DNA of 64,000 nucleotides, from NCBI GenBank assembly GCA_038496445.1, contig JALMLS010000354.1:434001-498000 (forward strand), read 5' to 3'. Under the pieces are notes generated by a model. It saw nothing but the letters and a program-made list of their open reading frames with translations, was not told where the DNA came from and made no database searches. Positions 50,001 through 63,015 of this stretch are shown here, piece by piece (position 1 is the first letter of the stretch; every line of letters begins with the position of its first letter). The translations under genes and the position numbers were made by a program. This stretch comes from Trichosphaerium sp. ATCC 40318. Lineage: Eukaryota > Protista > Tubulinea.

Positions 50001-53000
50001 TAAAACCGAAAGAGAACAGTGTACCCTCAATAAATAATCGTCAATCTTTTTACAATTTGAAATATCCCATTCAGTCAACGCTTTAAACATGTACAGAGCG
50101 CTACAATGAATGAATTTAGAAAGTATTCTCAACGTTAATATTACATACTCTTGAGTAGGCGTATTTACATGGGTACAGGTACGCATGAAGAGCTTAGACA
50201 AAAGAGGGCATCCCTTAGAGGTAAGTGAGTAGTTTAATTCATGATGCAGATAAATCTTATCGTGCACGTACCATTGCAAGAGGAGACACGTCACCAATTA
50301 GTAAGCAATGGCTACAGTTTAATGTGTCCAATTTATGCAACTTTGCAACGTGTTCAAGCGTGGATACAAGATTACAACCAGAAATATCCAAATCGATTAA
50401 ATTAGGATTAAACTCTGCAATAGTATCCAGCGCTTTATCCGTGATATTTACGCACCTATTAAGACCATCAGTTAATTGCAATAAACACATATTAGACTTA
50501 CTTGGAAATGTTCAGCTTTACTAACTTTGGACAATGTATCGCAACAGACATTATAGCACCATCATGAATATCACAACCGCTACAATTAAACTCCTTCAAA
50601 GAACCAGCAACTTTTGCCAAATGCTGCAATGCAATATCACTTACTTTGCACTTTGATATATTAACTAAAAAATGAATAAACAACATGTTAGATTATTACA
50701 CAAATACGAACCTTGTTCAAGTTTTTGACCAATAGAAAATAAGTTTTGTAAACCATCATGAGAAACACGTGTTGATGATAAATTAATAGACCGAATATTC
50801 AGAAGAAGTTGACCCATTGTGCGTAACAGAACATCATCAACAAGTGTATTGTTCAATGCAACACATTCCAATTTTCTATTAGCTTGTATGAATTGCTGTA
50901 GTGGGCCCGTGAAGCCATCTTTGTAAATAGAAGAAAGGCCTAAAAAAAAACTCAACAAAAAAAATACGTTCGTTTCAATTTTCGTACTTGTGAAGTCTAT
51001 GCTCTTCAGCGATTCAAAGTGTATCAGGTACTGTAAAGAAGCATGTGATAGGTTATGACACCTCTTTGCAGAAAGACTACGGAGTGTTTTGCAGGTTTGA
51101 AGTGCCAGTAATGCATCATCATCAAAAGCATTACATTCGTCAACATGAAGCTCCTGAAGTGACGGCGCAGAAGACAACAGTGCCCTAACACTCTCACTAT
51201 TGAAGGACTTACTTCCACTAACTTTAAATACACTCAAAGATGGCATTTTAACCGCCCCGAAGGTACCACAGAAGTCCTTACTAAGCATCGTGTTAATAAC
51301 AGCCAAAACGGAAGAACTACTTACTTGTTACAGTACAAGCCAGATAAATCAAGGTACTCCAACGTACTCTGAGCCTTGAATGAACGAAAGTATGTAATAA
51401 AGCTAGGTGCAAAGCTATTATAAGATACATCAAGCCAAGAAAGTTTTATACAATTACGTTGTAGATGCTTCAATGAATCAACACTGAGATTACTACATCT
51501 TGAAATATCAAGTTTCTTTAAATTAGAAAACTTTGATACTTTAAGTATAGTTGCATCAGTTATATGAGGACACTCTAAGTTAAACGTATATTAGCTTTCT
51601 CAGGTATAAATATATTAATTGCGTACCTTTGAGGACAAGTTCAGTAGCAAAAAGGCAATTGATAAGTGCACCTCCTTTAAAAGTGCAACGTGTGAAATCA
51701 AATATATTTAGTGATGCAATGTTCTTTGTTAACGTTGTGATACTTCTTGTAGTAATATACTTTTTGTTGAACGCATGTGTTGTGTTGAACGTATCCCTCT
51801 TTTCTGAATATCGAAGTACTTCAATAACAGCAGCAAGCTCAGTATCAACAAGTTCTTCATGCCAACTTGCAATCCAAGAAAAATCACCATCAGGTCCCAA
51901 AAGAATAGCTTTCCTAAAGCAGTAACCTAGGTACATATTAACGTCAATGCTACCTTCCTCATTACATAACCAAAACAACATACCAGCTTTCTCATAAAGT
52001 TTATCGTTATTGTTCCTGTGAGCCATCTTAATAAGCAAGTGTGCACGTCTAATATAACCCTCAACATATTTTGGTAATCGTGTAATAACAGAAGCATAAC
52101 ATTCATCTGCAAGTTCTGAAAGCTGATCCTGGTATCTCCATGCATCAATATCTTGTAGTGTATTTCCCAAATTAAATAGACCAACATTGTTACGTGCAAT
52201 ATTATATTTTTCAAAAGCTTTCTTGAAGTACGTATAACAGTCGTCATCACCTTTGATGAAAGAAAAGTTAGAACAATCACAAAGGCAAAGGAACTTCAAG
52301 CATACCTGTTTTTAGGCTTCCAAGCTTTACTAGTACATCAGCGTAGCTATTAAGCATGAAAGTATTATCAGGAGTACTTCTTATGGCCTTGGAATAGTGT
52401 GAGCGGTAATTAAAGAAAGATGAAGTTACCTGCTCAAATTTCGACATAGCCAATCGGAATAACCGATCATTGTGTGATCCTTGAGACTTCAGACCACCTG
52501 CAGCTGCCTTCATTTGGTCCATTGCCATTATAGACAATGCATTAGCTTCTGCCATTTGTGTAATATTCATATTCTTTACAAGAACAGACATCTGAACGAG
52601 CATAAGTAGTTGCAATAACACAGCAAACTAGTTTTTCTTTTCTAACCTTTTTAATATCTGGAATTACTAGTTTGAAGTCATCTGGGCTCTTTTCAAGTTC
52701 TTTTCTTGCTTCCTTTGTTAATTTAATCCCTGTTAGTTGTTGTATACGCTGGAAAAGCATATACATATCAACTGAAGACTTTAAATCGAACGAAGGACTC
52801 TCTTCTTCTTCAGAAAGAGAATCAACAAAGTATTCCGCCAAAGCTATTTTATAAAGTTAACTACTGGACTCAAAAAGTTTACCTCTTCATGTACCTTCCC
52901 TTAAATCCTCTCTCCAAAAGGTTTTAGAATCGTCACTCCAGCCAAGAACCATGTTGAAGAACTCAAGCGCCAAAGCAAAGAAGATATCTGTTGCTACAGT

Positions 53001-55101
53001 TCTAGAAGTACGAACAAGGTTTCTAAACTTCTCACCAAGCATGCGTTTAATTATTCTATAGTCAATAAGCAATACAACCCTCCTAGTGTACTTTCAGTAC
53101 CTGGCGATCATGTCAAGCAAAATCTCATCTTTCAGGGTTTTTGAAGTCACGTGGCTCCTTAATTTTCCAAGGTACCGAACATTTACACCTTACGGCATTA
53201 GAAAAAAATAACAACCAATTTTTTGACAAGGTAGCAATTTTCAAAAAATGAAATATCCAAGACGTTGTTTTACCTTCGCGATGAATAACCTCCGTTAGTT
53301 TAGGGAGATCAGCGGATTTATTATCCTTGTAATTCTTATCAAGCCATTTTGCAAGATTCACAATAATAGTAGAAAAAAGGTAGTCTGTGGCTTCCTGTAC
53401 TTCACTAACTCAAATGTTAGCAAAACAAACATAAGGAGCAATTGTCGCTAAACTTTCTCCTTTAAAACTCACGCATTTATTGCATCATAATCAGGATCAT
53501 ACTGGCTGAATCTAGAGAATGCATCACTAGACAATGGCTTTGGATACTGCTTAATAAATTCAGGCCTAAAAACCTTTTTTTTAAGTTAGTGTTACTTAGT
53601 ATTTACTACAACTTCGTTGGATATCCAAGAAAGTGTACCTTGTATAAGAATGTCTTCTTAACATTCTCCTCAGCAGTAGGAGGGAAAACGCGAGCAAAGT
53701 CTATCTGTACAAAGAATAAATACAAGAAAAAGAAATTTGGCAAAAATTAGCCAAGTTTAGGAACTTTCACCTACCACATAAAATCGTCCATCATCACCAC
53801 GATGACCTTCTATATCTATAGGTCCATATAAAAGCTTCATGTTATCCTTTTTGCCGCAAAGATGACCTTTAATGTTCAATTTTTTTGCAGCATTTCGCAT
53901 CTGAAGTTAAGATGTTAAAGAAACAAAGATATTATAGATGTAACCGCACCAATTCCCTCATAACATCGTTCTCATCCCAAACATGACAACCACCATCAGC
54001 GCTACCATATACGAGCGTTTTTTTGTGGACTGGAAGTATTGACATTGCCACAAGACGAAACCCAAGATAATCGATCTGAGGTATTAATTAGTTCTTTGTA
54101 TACACTACACCAGCAATACTAACCACAGCCATCATTGGTACATGTAACCCCTCACATGCGTAATACCTCATTAATGCTTTTAACTCCAAACTTCCTGTCT
54201 AGAAGCGTCATAAATAATACCGAAACAACAAATAAATACTGACACGTGCCTTCATGGCATAAAAGTCACCTCCGTAAATGTTCAAAAAATCTGTTTGGAA
54301 CTTGAATAAAATGCCATTGTATACATATTTCTTGCCTAAGGTTGTATAAGCGTTACAAAATGCAACAAAGGTGGTAAATAATTAATTCGTAGAGTGAAAA
54401 AAATTCATAATGAGAAATTTCTCATAGTGACACTTGTGAGCGGACATTGGCGTTCAGGATGTGTACGTGCCTCCTGCAGAACCACCTACATCTATAGGAT
54501 GTATTGTTTTGAATTCATCTGGCAGAAAGGCTTCAGAAATGATAATCTTTCCGTAGCGTTTTGCTATCTTTACAAAATCTTTACTGAGTGATGATAGCTT
54601 GTGGTATTTGGTTAGACGCGCTTCCTTTGTATCTTCAGGGAATTCAAGAAGGCGCTGGTGTAAATAAATCAATAAAAACGAATCGTTTGAGTCATAACAG
54701 CACTAGCGTTACCTGAAAGTCTTTATTCCAATCAACAGGTGAACCTGTGCTAACTGTTTGCTTAGCATCGGCGATATTAGCCTTTGGATATGGCGTAGTG
54801 GTAGATTCCGCCTTAGACATGGCCGTGTTTGCATTCTTTAAAGAATAACGTTCTACGCCTGTGTAGATGTACTGTACACCTCCATTATTAGCTCCCACAT
54901 ACTGGTAAAGATTGGGAGAGGTGGTAGAGGCGGCTGAAGGAACACCTAGGGAAGGCTCCCCTGCAACAATTAGAAATATGTTAAAACAGCCTAACACGCA
55001 CCAAGCGCGGTTTCATCGAAATCTGCTGGTGTTATAAGGTTAAAATCGTCTGGCGTTGAAGTTGTAGCACTTAGGTCGTAACCGCCGTGGTCAGAAGCCA
55101 T
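47023..55101 (-). CDS. Large multidomain protein: Clu domain, helical/TPR-like region, LRRs, UBC (E2) domain, CCCH zinc finger, RGG tail
   Basis: Clu motifs (DFVKIAKRYGKIIISE, GGSAGG.KY, IDYLGFRLVAMSILP, YGSADGG, DIEGHRGDDGRFYV.DFARVFPP, HREG). Many LRRs. UBC segment RALMRDY...WHGNLKGP.NTPY.G..FH..L.FP.DYP...HPH...ICLDLL. Then CKFYRDSGGKHCPHRHCQFSH. The splice junctions checked keep the frame. Confidence 0.75.
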
Positions 55102-55609
55102 ATCTTATCATTGCCACCACGTTTTCAATAAAAAGAAACACAGAAAAGAAAACTGGCAAAAATTACAAAAAGTTTTCCGCGTCACCATTTCTTTAAATTG
55201 ATTTACATTAACGCTGTTTAAACAGAGCTATTCTGAGCTTGTATAATAAGCCTTTGCAACTAAAATTCGCGTTAACCCATTTGAACTTGACATCTATAAC
55301 ACCAGTGCTCGCGTCATTAAGCATAATTTGATTGTATGCAGTAAAAAACGTTTTTTGTAGTTCCCTTTAACTTTGTGCCCTAATTTGCATTCGTTTTAAT
55401 GCTACACCAATGGGTCTCACGCGCAATGGTGCGTTGGCTGTGCCAAAATTGTGTCGGTTTTCATTCGCCCAAAATGTGATTGTTGTACAATCACTATCGT
55501 CACTAGCAAACGAAGTACCCCACTCAACTTGTTTTTGTGGCATTTGGTCTCGTTTAATCACCTAGCCAATTTTTTTATCTATTTTCAGTAAGTCCAAGAC
55601 GCTGAAACA

Positions 55610-58600
55610 ATGGTACATCTTGTCTCTACGAATTTTTTTATGCTTACTGTAAGGCTAGGCGGTTACAGGCGCACAAGCCGCGCAACAGGTAAGGGATCAG
55701 TACAACACGCAGTTTTTGACCGTACAATAGGGCGTGGAAGACATGGTGTTGATTTCTGCGGTAGACGAGCCTTCTATCGTTGAAAATATTAAAAAGCGCT
55801 ATGACCACGATCAAATTTACGTAAGTAGCTATTTAAACTCGTAGGAGCATTTTGAAGTTTAAACGTCGGAAATACATTTTGTTCTTGTAGTAAATGGGGC
55901 ACAGGCGTTAGCAATAATGCCATAGTGCCTGAATTAGCGTAAATAACTCGAGAAAAACACTCACAAACTCATAGACCAACATCGGTGCTGTGTTGATCTC
56001 GGTGAACCCTTTTCGCTGGATTAAAGGTATAACTGATGACGAGCAAGTCGAAGAATACAGAGGGCGCTTTCGTCACGAGCTACCACCAAACGTTTTCGCA
56101 TTGGCAGAAGAGGCTTACCGCTCAGTAAAAGGTGAACAAATGAACCAATGCGTTATTATCACGTACGTTAGAGCGCTTACAGCATTTTTTGAGCGTAGTA
56201 TAACGCAGTTTTATTGAAATTGTGCAAAGTTTGGGTAATCGTTAGAGCAACATTTCATCACCCTCAAACAGCAGTAAAACCAGTAATTTTTTCTATCACT
56301 TGACAATCAAACCAAAAACAATTAAAAAAAAAGCCAAAAACGTAAACGCCATCTAACGCACTCAATTTATAGTGGTGAATCTGGAGCTGGAAAGACTGTA
56401 GCTGCAAAATTGATTATGAAGTATGTTGCTGCAGTGTCAAGTAATTCCGAAGAGATTCAATACGTAAAACAAGTAATCCTCGATTCAAACCCTGTACTCG
56501 AGGCTTTCGGTAATGCCAAGACATTGCGTAACAATAACTCTTCCCGTTTTGTGCGTCCCTTTTCTCGTTTACTCCACTTTAACTTTTGTTTTTGTATTTT
56601 TTTTGTTTTTTTGTTCTGCTTGGTACACAAAATTGTTCTGATTGCTTTTATATAGGGTAAATATTTTGATATTCGCTTTAACAGATATGGTGACCCATGT
56701 GGTGGATTTATTACAACTTGTACGTCAGTTCAATTTGTGAAGTTTTTTTTCAGAATATAAAATTATTTTTTGGTATTCTTCTTTTGTTGTCTGTCAAGTT
56801 GCTAATTATTTTCTCTTCTAGACTTGTTGGAAAAATCTCGCGTTACGAGTCAGTTGAAGGGCGAAAGAAACTTTCACATTTTCTACCAAATTCTTAATGG
56901 TTCTACACAACAAGAAGTCGGTATGTTTTTTTTTTTCTTGTATTTCTTGTAGATTTTTTTGAGTTAATTTTTTTGTAGACGAGCTTCAATTATACTCCCC
57001 AGAGTACTTTAGCTACCTAGCTGGTTCTGGATGTTACACTGTAGACTCTATTGATGATGCTGAGGAATACGCTGAAGTCCGAAAGGGTTTTAATACTCTT
57101 GGTTTCCCAGCCACTGGTAAATTTTTATTTTTATTCAAAGTATATTCGCTAGTTCGTGTCTAATATTTTTTCACAGAGGTACAAGCTATTATCAGATTGT
57201 TGGCGGGTATTTTACATTTGGGTAATATTCAATTTCAAGAAAATGCTCAAAGCCAGAGTTCCGTCGTTGACCAGAACCCAGTAAACCTCGCTGCTGGTCT
57301 CTTCAAGGTAAACATTAAAATCTTTTTTTGTGTTTGACTTGCTGTTCTCGTTCACAAATTTTCTGTAATTAACTTTTTCAAAATAGGTTAACCCTGAGGC
57401 TCTCTGCAATTGCTTGCTTACACGTCGTATTACTACCGGTGGTCGTGGTGGTGGTTCCGAGTACGATGTACCAAATAACAACACTAAGGCAACTGCTGCA
57501 CGTGATGCTCTCAGTAAAGCTATGTACTCTCGTATGTTCGACAGAATTGTTGCTGTTACAAATGTTGCTCTTGAAAAGAAAAAGCTCCAACACTCTTGTG
57601 TTATTGGTGTATTAGATATTTATGGCTTTGAGATTTTCGACGTACGTTCACTACTTCTACTGCTTGAGTATTTCCGAGGGAGATCCCGAGGGATTTTTTT
57701 TTCACCTTTTTGACTTTGTGTTTTTGTCGGCTTCATTCTTACTTCTGTGTTAGAACAACGGCTTCGAACAGTTCTGTATCAACTTTGTGAACGAAAAACT
57801 TCAACAGTACTTCATTCAATTGACGTTGAAGAAAGAACAAGAAGAATATAACGATGAGGGTATTCAATGGACTCCTATCAAGTTTTTCAATAACCAAATT
57901 GTGTGTGATCTTATTGAAGCTAAGGTATGTGTTGTTGTTACTTTGCTGGTGGAATTTGTCATAGTTCTAATGATTTGTAGCGTCCTCCTGGTATTTTCTC
58001 TGTTCTTGATGATGTATGCGCAACCATGCACTCTGAAGAAGCTGATGCTGCTGATCTCAAGTTCCTCGACAAGGCTGGTGGTTTCTTCAGCGGAAATCTT
58101 CATTTCCGTAAACTCAAGAACGCTTTTGAAGTCAAGCACTACGCTGGATCTGTCACTTACGAAACACGCGGTTTCTGCGAGAAGAATAAGGATATTTTGA
58201 ATCCTGATATCATCAAAGTTATGAAATCCTCACAATTGCAGTACTTGGTCGAGCTCTTCCCAGAAGATGTTACCCAAAAGCAGAGTAGGCGTCCAACTAC
58301 CGTCGGTTATAAAATCAAGACATCTGCAGCTGATTTGATCAACCAGTTGTCTCAATGTCAACCTCATTACATTCGTTGTATCAAACCGAATGAAACAAAA
58401 CAACCTAAAGATTGGGATGCTAAGCGCGTACAGCATCAAGTAAGTATTGTGGAGTTACTTTAAGACCATTTTATTCTTATAAATATGTTTAGGTCCAATA
58501 CCTTGGTATTCTCGAGAATGTTCGTGTATGTCGTGCCGGTTACTGTTACAGTACGTGTTTTTTTTTTATTTTGTTTTTTTCAGAATTTGCTTTTTTTTTT

Positions 58601-60528
58601 ATTGCTTGGCGTGTTGGTTATCTAATATGTTATTCCTTAGGGGCACCTTACCAACGTTTCCTTAATCGTTACAAAAAATTGTCGTCCAAGACATGGGGAT
58701 CATGGGGAGAATGGAGCGGCCCTCCAATGGAAGGTGTCAAGATTATTCTCACTGAATCTGTCCTTGATGCAAGTCAATACCAATTTGGCCGTACCAAGGT
58801 CTTTGTTCGTCACCCAGAATCCTTGTTCTACTTGGAAGAATGTCTCGAACGTCACGATTACGAATGTGCCTTGCTCATCCAAAAAGTACGTTTAAACTGA
58901 TAATTAAAGATGTAATTCGCTCGTACTCACCTTTTTAAAGGCTTGGAGACGATGGAAGGCTAAGAAAAAGGCTTTGGAACAACGTGCCAAGGCTGCTAGC
59001 TTGCTGCTCGGTAAAAAAGAGAGGCGTAGAGAGTCCGTCAACATTAAGTTTGATACCGATTACATGTGTTACGAATCAAACTTTTCTTTGCAAGGAGCCA
59101 TGGGCAAATACAGTACGTTTATCTTCTTCTCTTCGAGATTGTTTTACTCCCTTCTTTGTCTGTAACTTGAAGCTTACTGGTATTGTTTTTTCTAGTCGAG
59201 GAACCATGTGTTTTTGCTGATCAAACCATTACTTTCAGTAGACGTGGCCGACCTGAGAGAAGAGATTTCGTTCTCACTACAAACGCTTTTTACGTATTGA
59301 TGCGTATCCAAAAAGGTGGGCAACAGCAGTACACACTCATGCGTCGTGTACCTCTCGACAAGATTGCCAAGGTATCTATGTCTACGCTACAAGATAACTG
59401 GGTCGTATTCCACTGTCAAGGCGGTGAAACCGATTTTGCCTTCGAGACTAAGTTTAAAACTGAGTGTGTTACTGTACTCAGTGAGAGTTACGAGGCTTAC
59501 GCACGCTCAAAACTATCACTCAACTTTTCTGGTACGTACTCCTGACAGATACCTCTTAGAGTCAGTTTTCTTTCCTTTTTTTTTTGTTTGTATTTTTGTT
59601 GTTCACTGTTATTTTAGACAGCATTACGTACAACATCCAAGCTGGATCAAGCACAGATACACGTACTCTCGCTTTCCAGAAGGATGAAGGTGCACAACCA
59701 AGAAAGGTTAAAAAGTCAGGCAAGACGCTCACCATCATGATCAATTCTGGTCTAGATAAGAACACGAGTACGCTCAATATATTTCGTGTATACTTCAATG
59801 TTCTTACTTTCCTTAGATACTACGCCACAAGGCTTCCAAGCAACGCCTACTGCATCTGTACCACGCTCTTCTGGTCCTAAAAAGACCATGGGTGGCATGG
59901 GCGGTGGCATGCGCGGTAACACAGGAGGTGGTGCTTCAAGACCAGGTCCAAAGAAGATGGGCTTTGGTGCACCAAAGGGACGTGGTAGAGGCGCTGGAAA
60001 GAAGGGTCGCGGTAGGGGTCGCGGTAAAGTCCGAGGCCGAGGCCGAGGTCGAGGAAAAGGCAGAGGATTTAAAAAGGCGCGATGATGATAGCCACTAATG
60101 GTTTATATATATTACTTTTTTTTTTGTACCTGTTCGGCTTATTGGTGTCTGTGCCTGTGTGGCTATGACACTATTAGTCTGGTATACCCATTATGTTTAT
60201 ATATATTCCATCTATCTATCATATAGCGACTTGCCTCAGCTGTCTTGGCGCAACCTTCTGCAACTCTGACTCTAAGCAAAAAAAAAAAAAAACTTTGTGA
60301 AGTTTTTTGCTAACGTTTCTTTAGGGACCAAAAATGTTACCAAAAGGAAAACCTGCACAACCGCAAGCGAAGGCATTGTACGATTATCAAGGATCTACAG
60401 CCGAAGAATTGTCATTTGGAGTCGGTGATGTTATTATCGTTCACCAGAAGGATCCTGGTGGCTGGTGGGAAGGTGAACTCAACGGTAAGCGCGGATGGGT
60501 TCCAGCGAACTATTTGCAAGAGATGTAG
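55610..60528 (+). CDS. Long-tailed class I myosin (motor, TH1, Gly/Pro/Arg-rich TH2, SH3)
   Basis: [61 protein letters not shown]-terminal SH3 ALYDY...ELSF...GWWEGE...GWVPANY. First coding exon is ATG only. Confidence 0.97.
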
Positions 60529-60786
60529 AAAGCGTCTAGAAGGTACGACAGTTTTAGGTTTGGTAACACGTGAACTGATGTTTTTTTTTTTCAGAAGAAG
60601 GTTGACGCGATTGTTGGCTGTTTATGTCTCTTGCTGCTAATCAGATGCTCTTTTCCCCTTTGTTAGCGAAGTGTCTGTAAAATCTAATATGAAGTCAATA
60701 AAACGCAACATGTTTTAGTAAAGTGAACAAGAGCTTGCGGTTTTTTTTTTTTTGTTGAGTCATACATAGTATTTCGAAATACTATT

Positions 60787-61926
60787 ATGAGCGGGCACTT
60801 TAGCCCTTTCAAGCATGGTGTATTCAATATGGAGCGCTTCATAGAGTTCTTGGATGCCGTTATATTGGTTGTAGCTAATTTAGACGCACAATCTATTGGT
60901 AGATGGCGTATCTGTTGTAAAACAGCTGTTTCTTTCTTAACAGACGAAGAAATATGGAAACAAGTGCTTAGGAACGAAGGTGCGTCACCCATAACTTTTT
61001 TGTAAACAACACAAAGCAACAAACGTTTACCACGCTCTTCATCGTTGTATTGTCTACGAAAAACGCCATTGAACAGTTTTTTACCCCTTTTTAATTTCTT
61101 TGTTCAAGGATTACATCACATACCCATCAGACGCATGCAAGGCCCTCCAAAAGGTGACCAAAGCTTACCTACGTATTATCAGGCTGTTTCTCAGAATATT
61201 TACGAAGAAAACAAGTCTGTGTCAAGAATAGAATCTTTAAAGAATATTCACTGTTTTCATCCACCTTTCATGACAAGATACATTAATCGTAGTACTATTG
61301 ATCAAGATTTACAAATATCAGGTGATCCTTCTAAAACCTATAATTGTAAAGATAAGAACCCACGTGCCATGGATGCAATGTTGTTACATGTAGGCGGTTG
61401 GGATGGTGCTGAACAATACAAAGAAAACTCACCTTGGGACATTGTTCGCAGAGTGTTCAAGCGAGGCGAGCTTAGTACAGATTATGGTACGCATCTGAAA
61501 ACAAAGAAAGCTAGATTTTGTACACTCGGTGGTGAAGAAGACCAAGAGCAGTATGTTGATGATAGTGTTAAGCATCCTTGGAGATTACAAAAAAGAAATT
61601 TTGTACAATTCTTGTCATTAGAAAATCGTGATATTTTCTTCAACAGGACCTACAAGCTGGTTGAGGTTTCTCCAAGGTGTAGGGCAAGTTGTGATTTGAA
61701 TGAAGCGGAGAAAGAGTACTTGAAAGAGCAGTCAGAAAAGTATTTAAGTGACTTAAAAGCGTTCTATGATGATTTCTATACATCTTACCGGATTACTGAT
61801 AAGTGCTATAAAGGGTATCAGGTTTCTGATGAACTTGAAGGTGGTAGTAGAAATGCAATGATATGTGTCATTAATGACAAATGGATTAGATTCTATTGGA
61901 CAGGAAGACATCGTGTAGACTTCTAA
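60787..61926 (+). CDS. F-box-like protein with uncharacterised C-terminal domain
   Basis: DAVILVVANLDAQSIGRWRICCK...DEEIWK resembles an F-box. One intron (about 60980-61108) joins it to the long ORF. Confidence 0.6.
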
Positions 61927-62197
61927 GTAGTAGCTCAATAATAAAACAAAAAGTGTTGAACACCCTTTGGTTTCAAGCTCTTATGGCTCGTCTTCTTTCC
62001 AACAGAAACACAAGCTGAAACCGATTCTTCAAAGTCCCCACGATTGTTGACACAGGAGCGTAGGACACGAGATACACTCATTGTATTTTCTGCAAGGTGA
62101 AACGTGATACTTTGTGCTGATACTGTTGCACTATTTTTTATCTTTTGATCGGACCACCTTAGACTATTTTGTTTCGTCGGTAATTTTCTGCAATCGT

Positions 62198-62563
62198 ATG
62201 AGTAACAACTATTTATTCTATGGTGGTTTGTGGGTTTTGGGTACATCATTATTACATACGTTTGGTGGTCAGCGGGACCTTATTAACCCAATGATGGGCG
62301 CATTCGACATAAACGACGATGCAAAGGCCCAATTAGTAGGTAGTTGGCATATAGTAACACTAACACTGTTTGCAACGTCGTATATACTGATTAAAAACGG
62401 ATTAAAACGTGAAGAGTCTTCTCGTGGCTTGATACGCTTTCTGGGGTGGATGCATGTTCTGTATGGAGGTGTTTTTATGGTATCTAGTGTAGTACACCAA
62501 GTGTGGATTCCTCAGTGGATATTATTGACTCCTGTTGGTGTTTTAGCCTTATTAGGTGCCTGA
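62198..62563 (+). CDS. Small intronless multi-pass membrane protein (121 aa)
   Basis: ATG at 62198, about four hydrophobic segments, LLHTFGG and PQWILL motifs, AATAAA right after the stop. Confidence 0.7.
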   Translation: MSNNYLFYGGLWVLGTSLLHTFGGQRDLINPMMGAFDINDDAKAQLVGSWHIVTLTLFATSYILIKNGLKREESSRGLIRFLGWMHVLYGGVFMVSSVVHQVWIPQWILLTPVGVLALLGA

Positions 62564-63015
62564 ACTCAATAAAAGATCGTAAGTTACACAGTATTGCAAA
62601 CAGCACGGTAATCAAAGTGTGGACATTTATGTAAGTGAAAGCGTTGGAAAACAATAAGGCTTGTAGTATTGATGAAGCATTTCAATAAAGTCACGTGTCA
62701 TAGCTATTTTTGACAATGAAAAATTTAATTGTTTAAGCTCACTACGCAACTTCCCGCGAAAGCTTGAGAACCTACTTTACGCTGGCAATCTCGGCGGTAT
62801 TGAAGCAACTCCGAACTTTCACCATAAGAAATACGACAAGCATGTCCGAAACCATCGTGGGCTGTTCTTTTAAATCTTTGGCGGTTCCAAAAAATTAGAA
62901 GAAAAACTTTGTCAAAGAACTTCAAAAGCTAGCCTGTAGCTGACACCCAGCCTTGCTCATTTTTTCATACAATCAGGATTTATCACGTGTCTAACCTGTT
63001 CTGCGATAAAAGAAG

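Noticed and set aside
55821-55973. Two hairpins in a myosin intron as an H/ACA RNA
   Set aside because: No correctly placed H and ACA boxes.
60082-60270. C/D snoRNA in the myosin intron (ATGATGA...CTGA)
   Set aside because: About 190 nt apart with low-complexity interior and no terminal stem. The box C match is explained by tandem stop codons.
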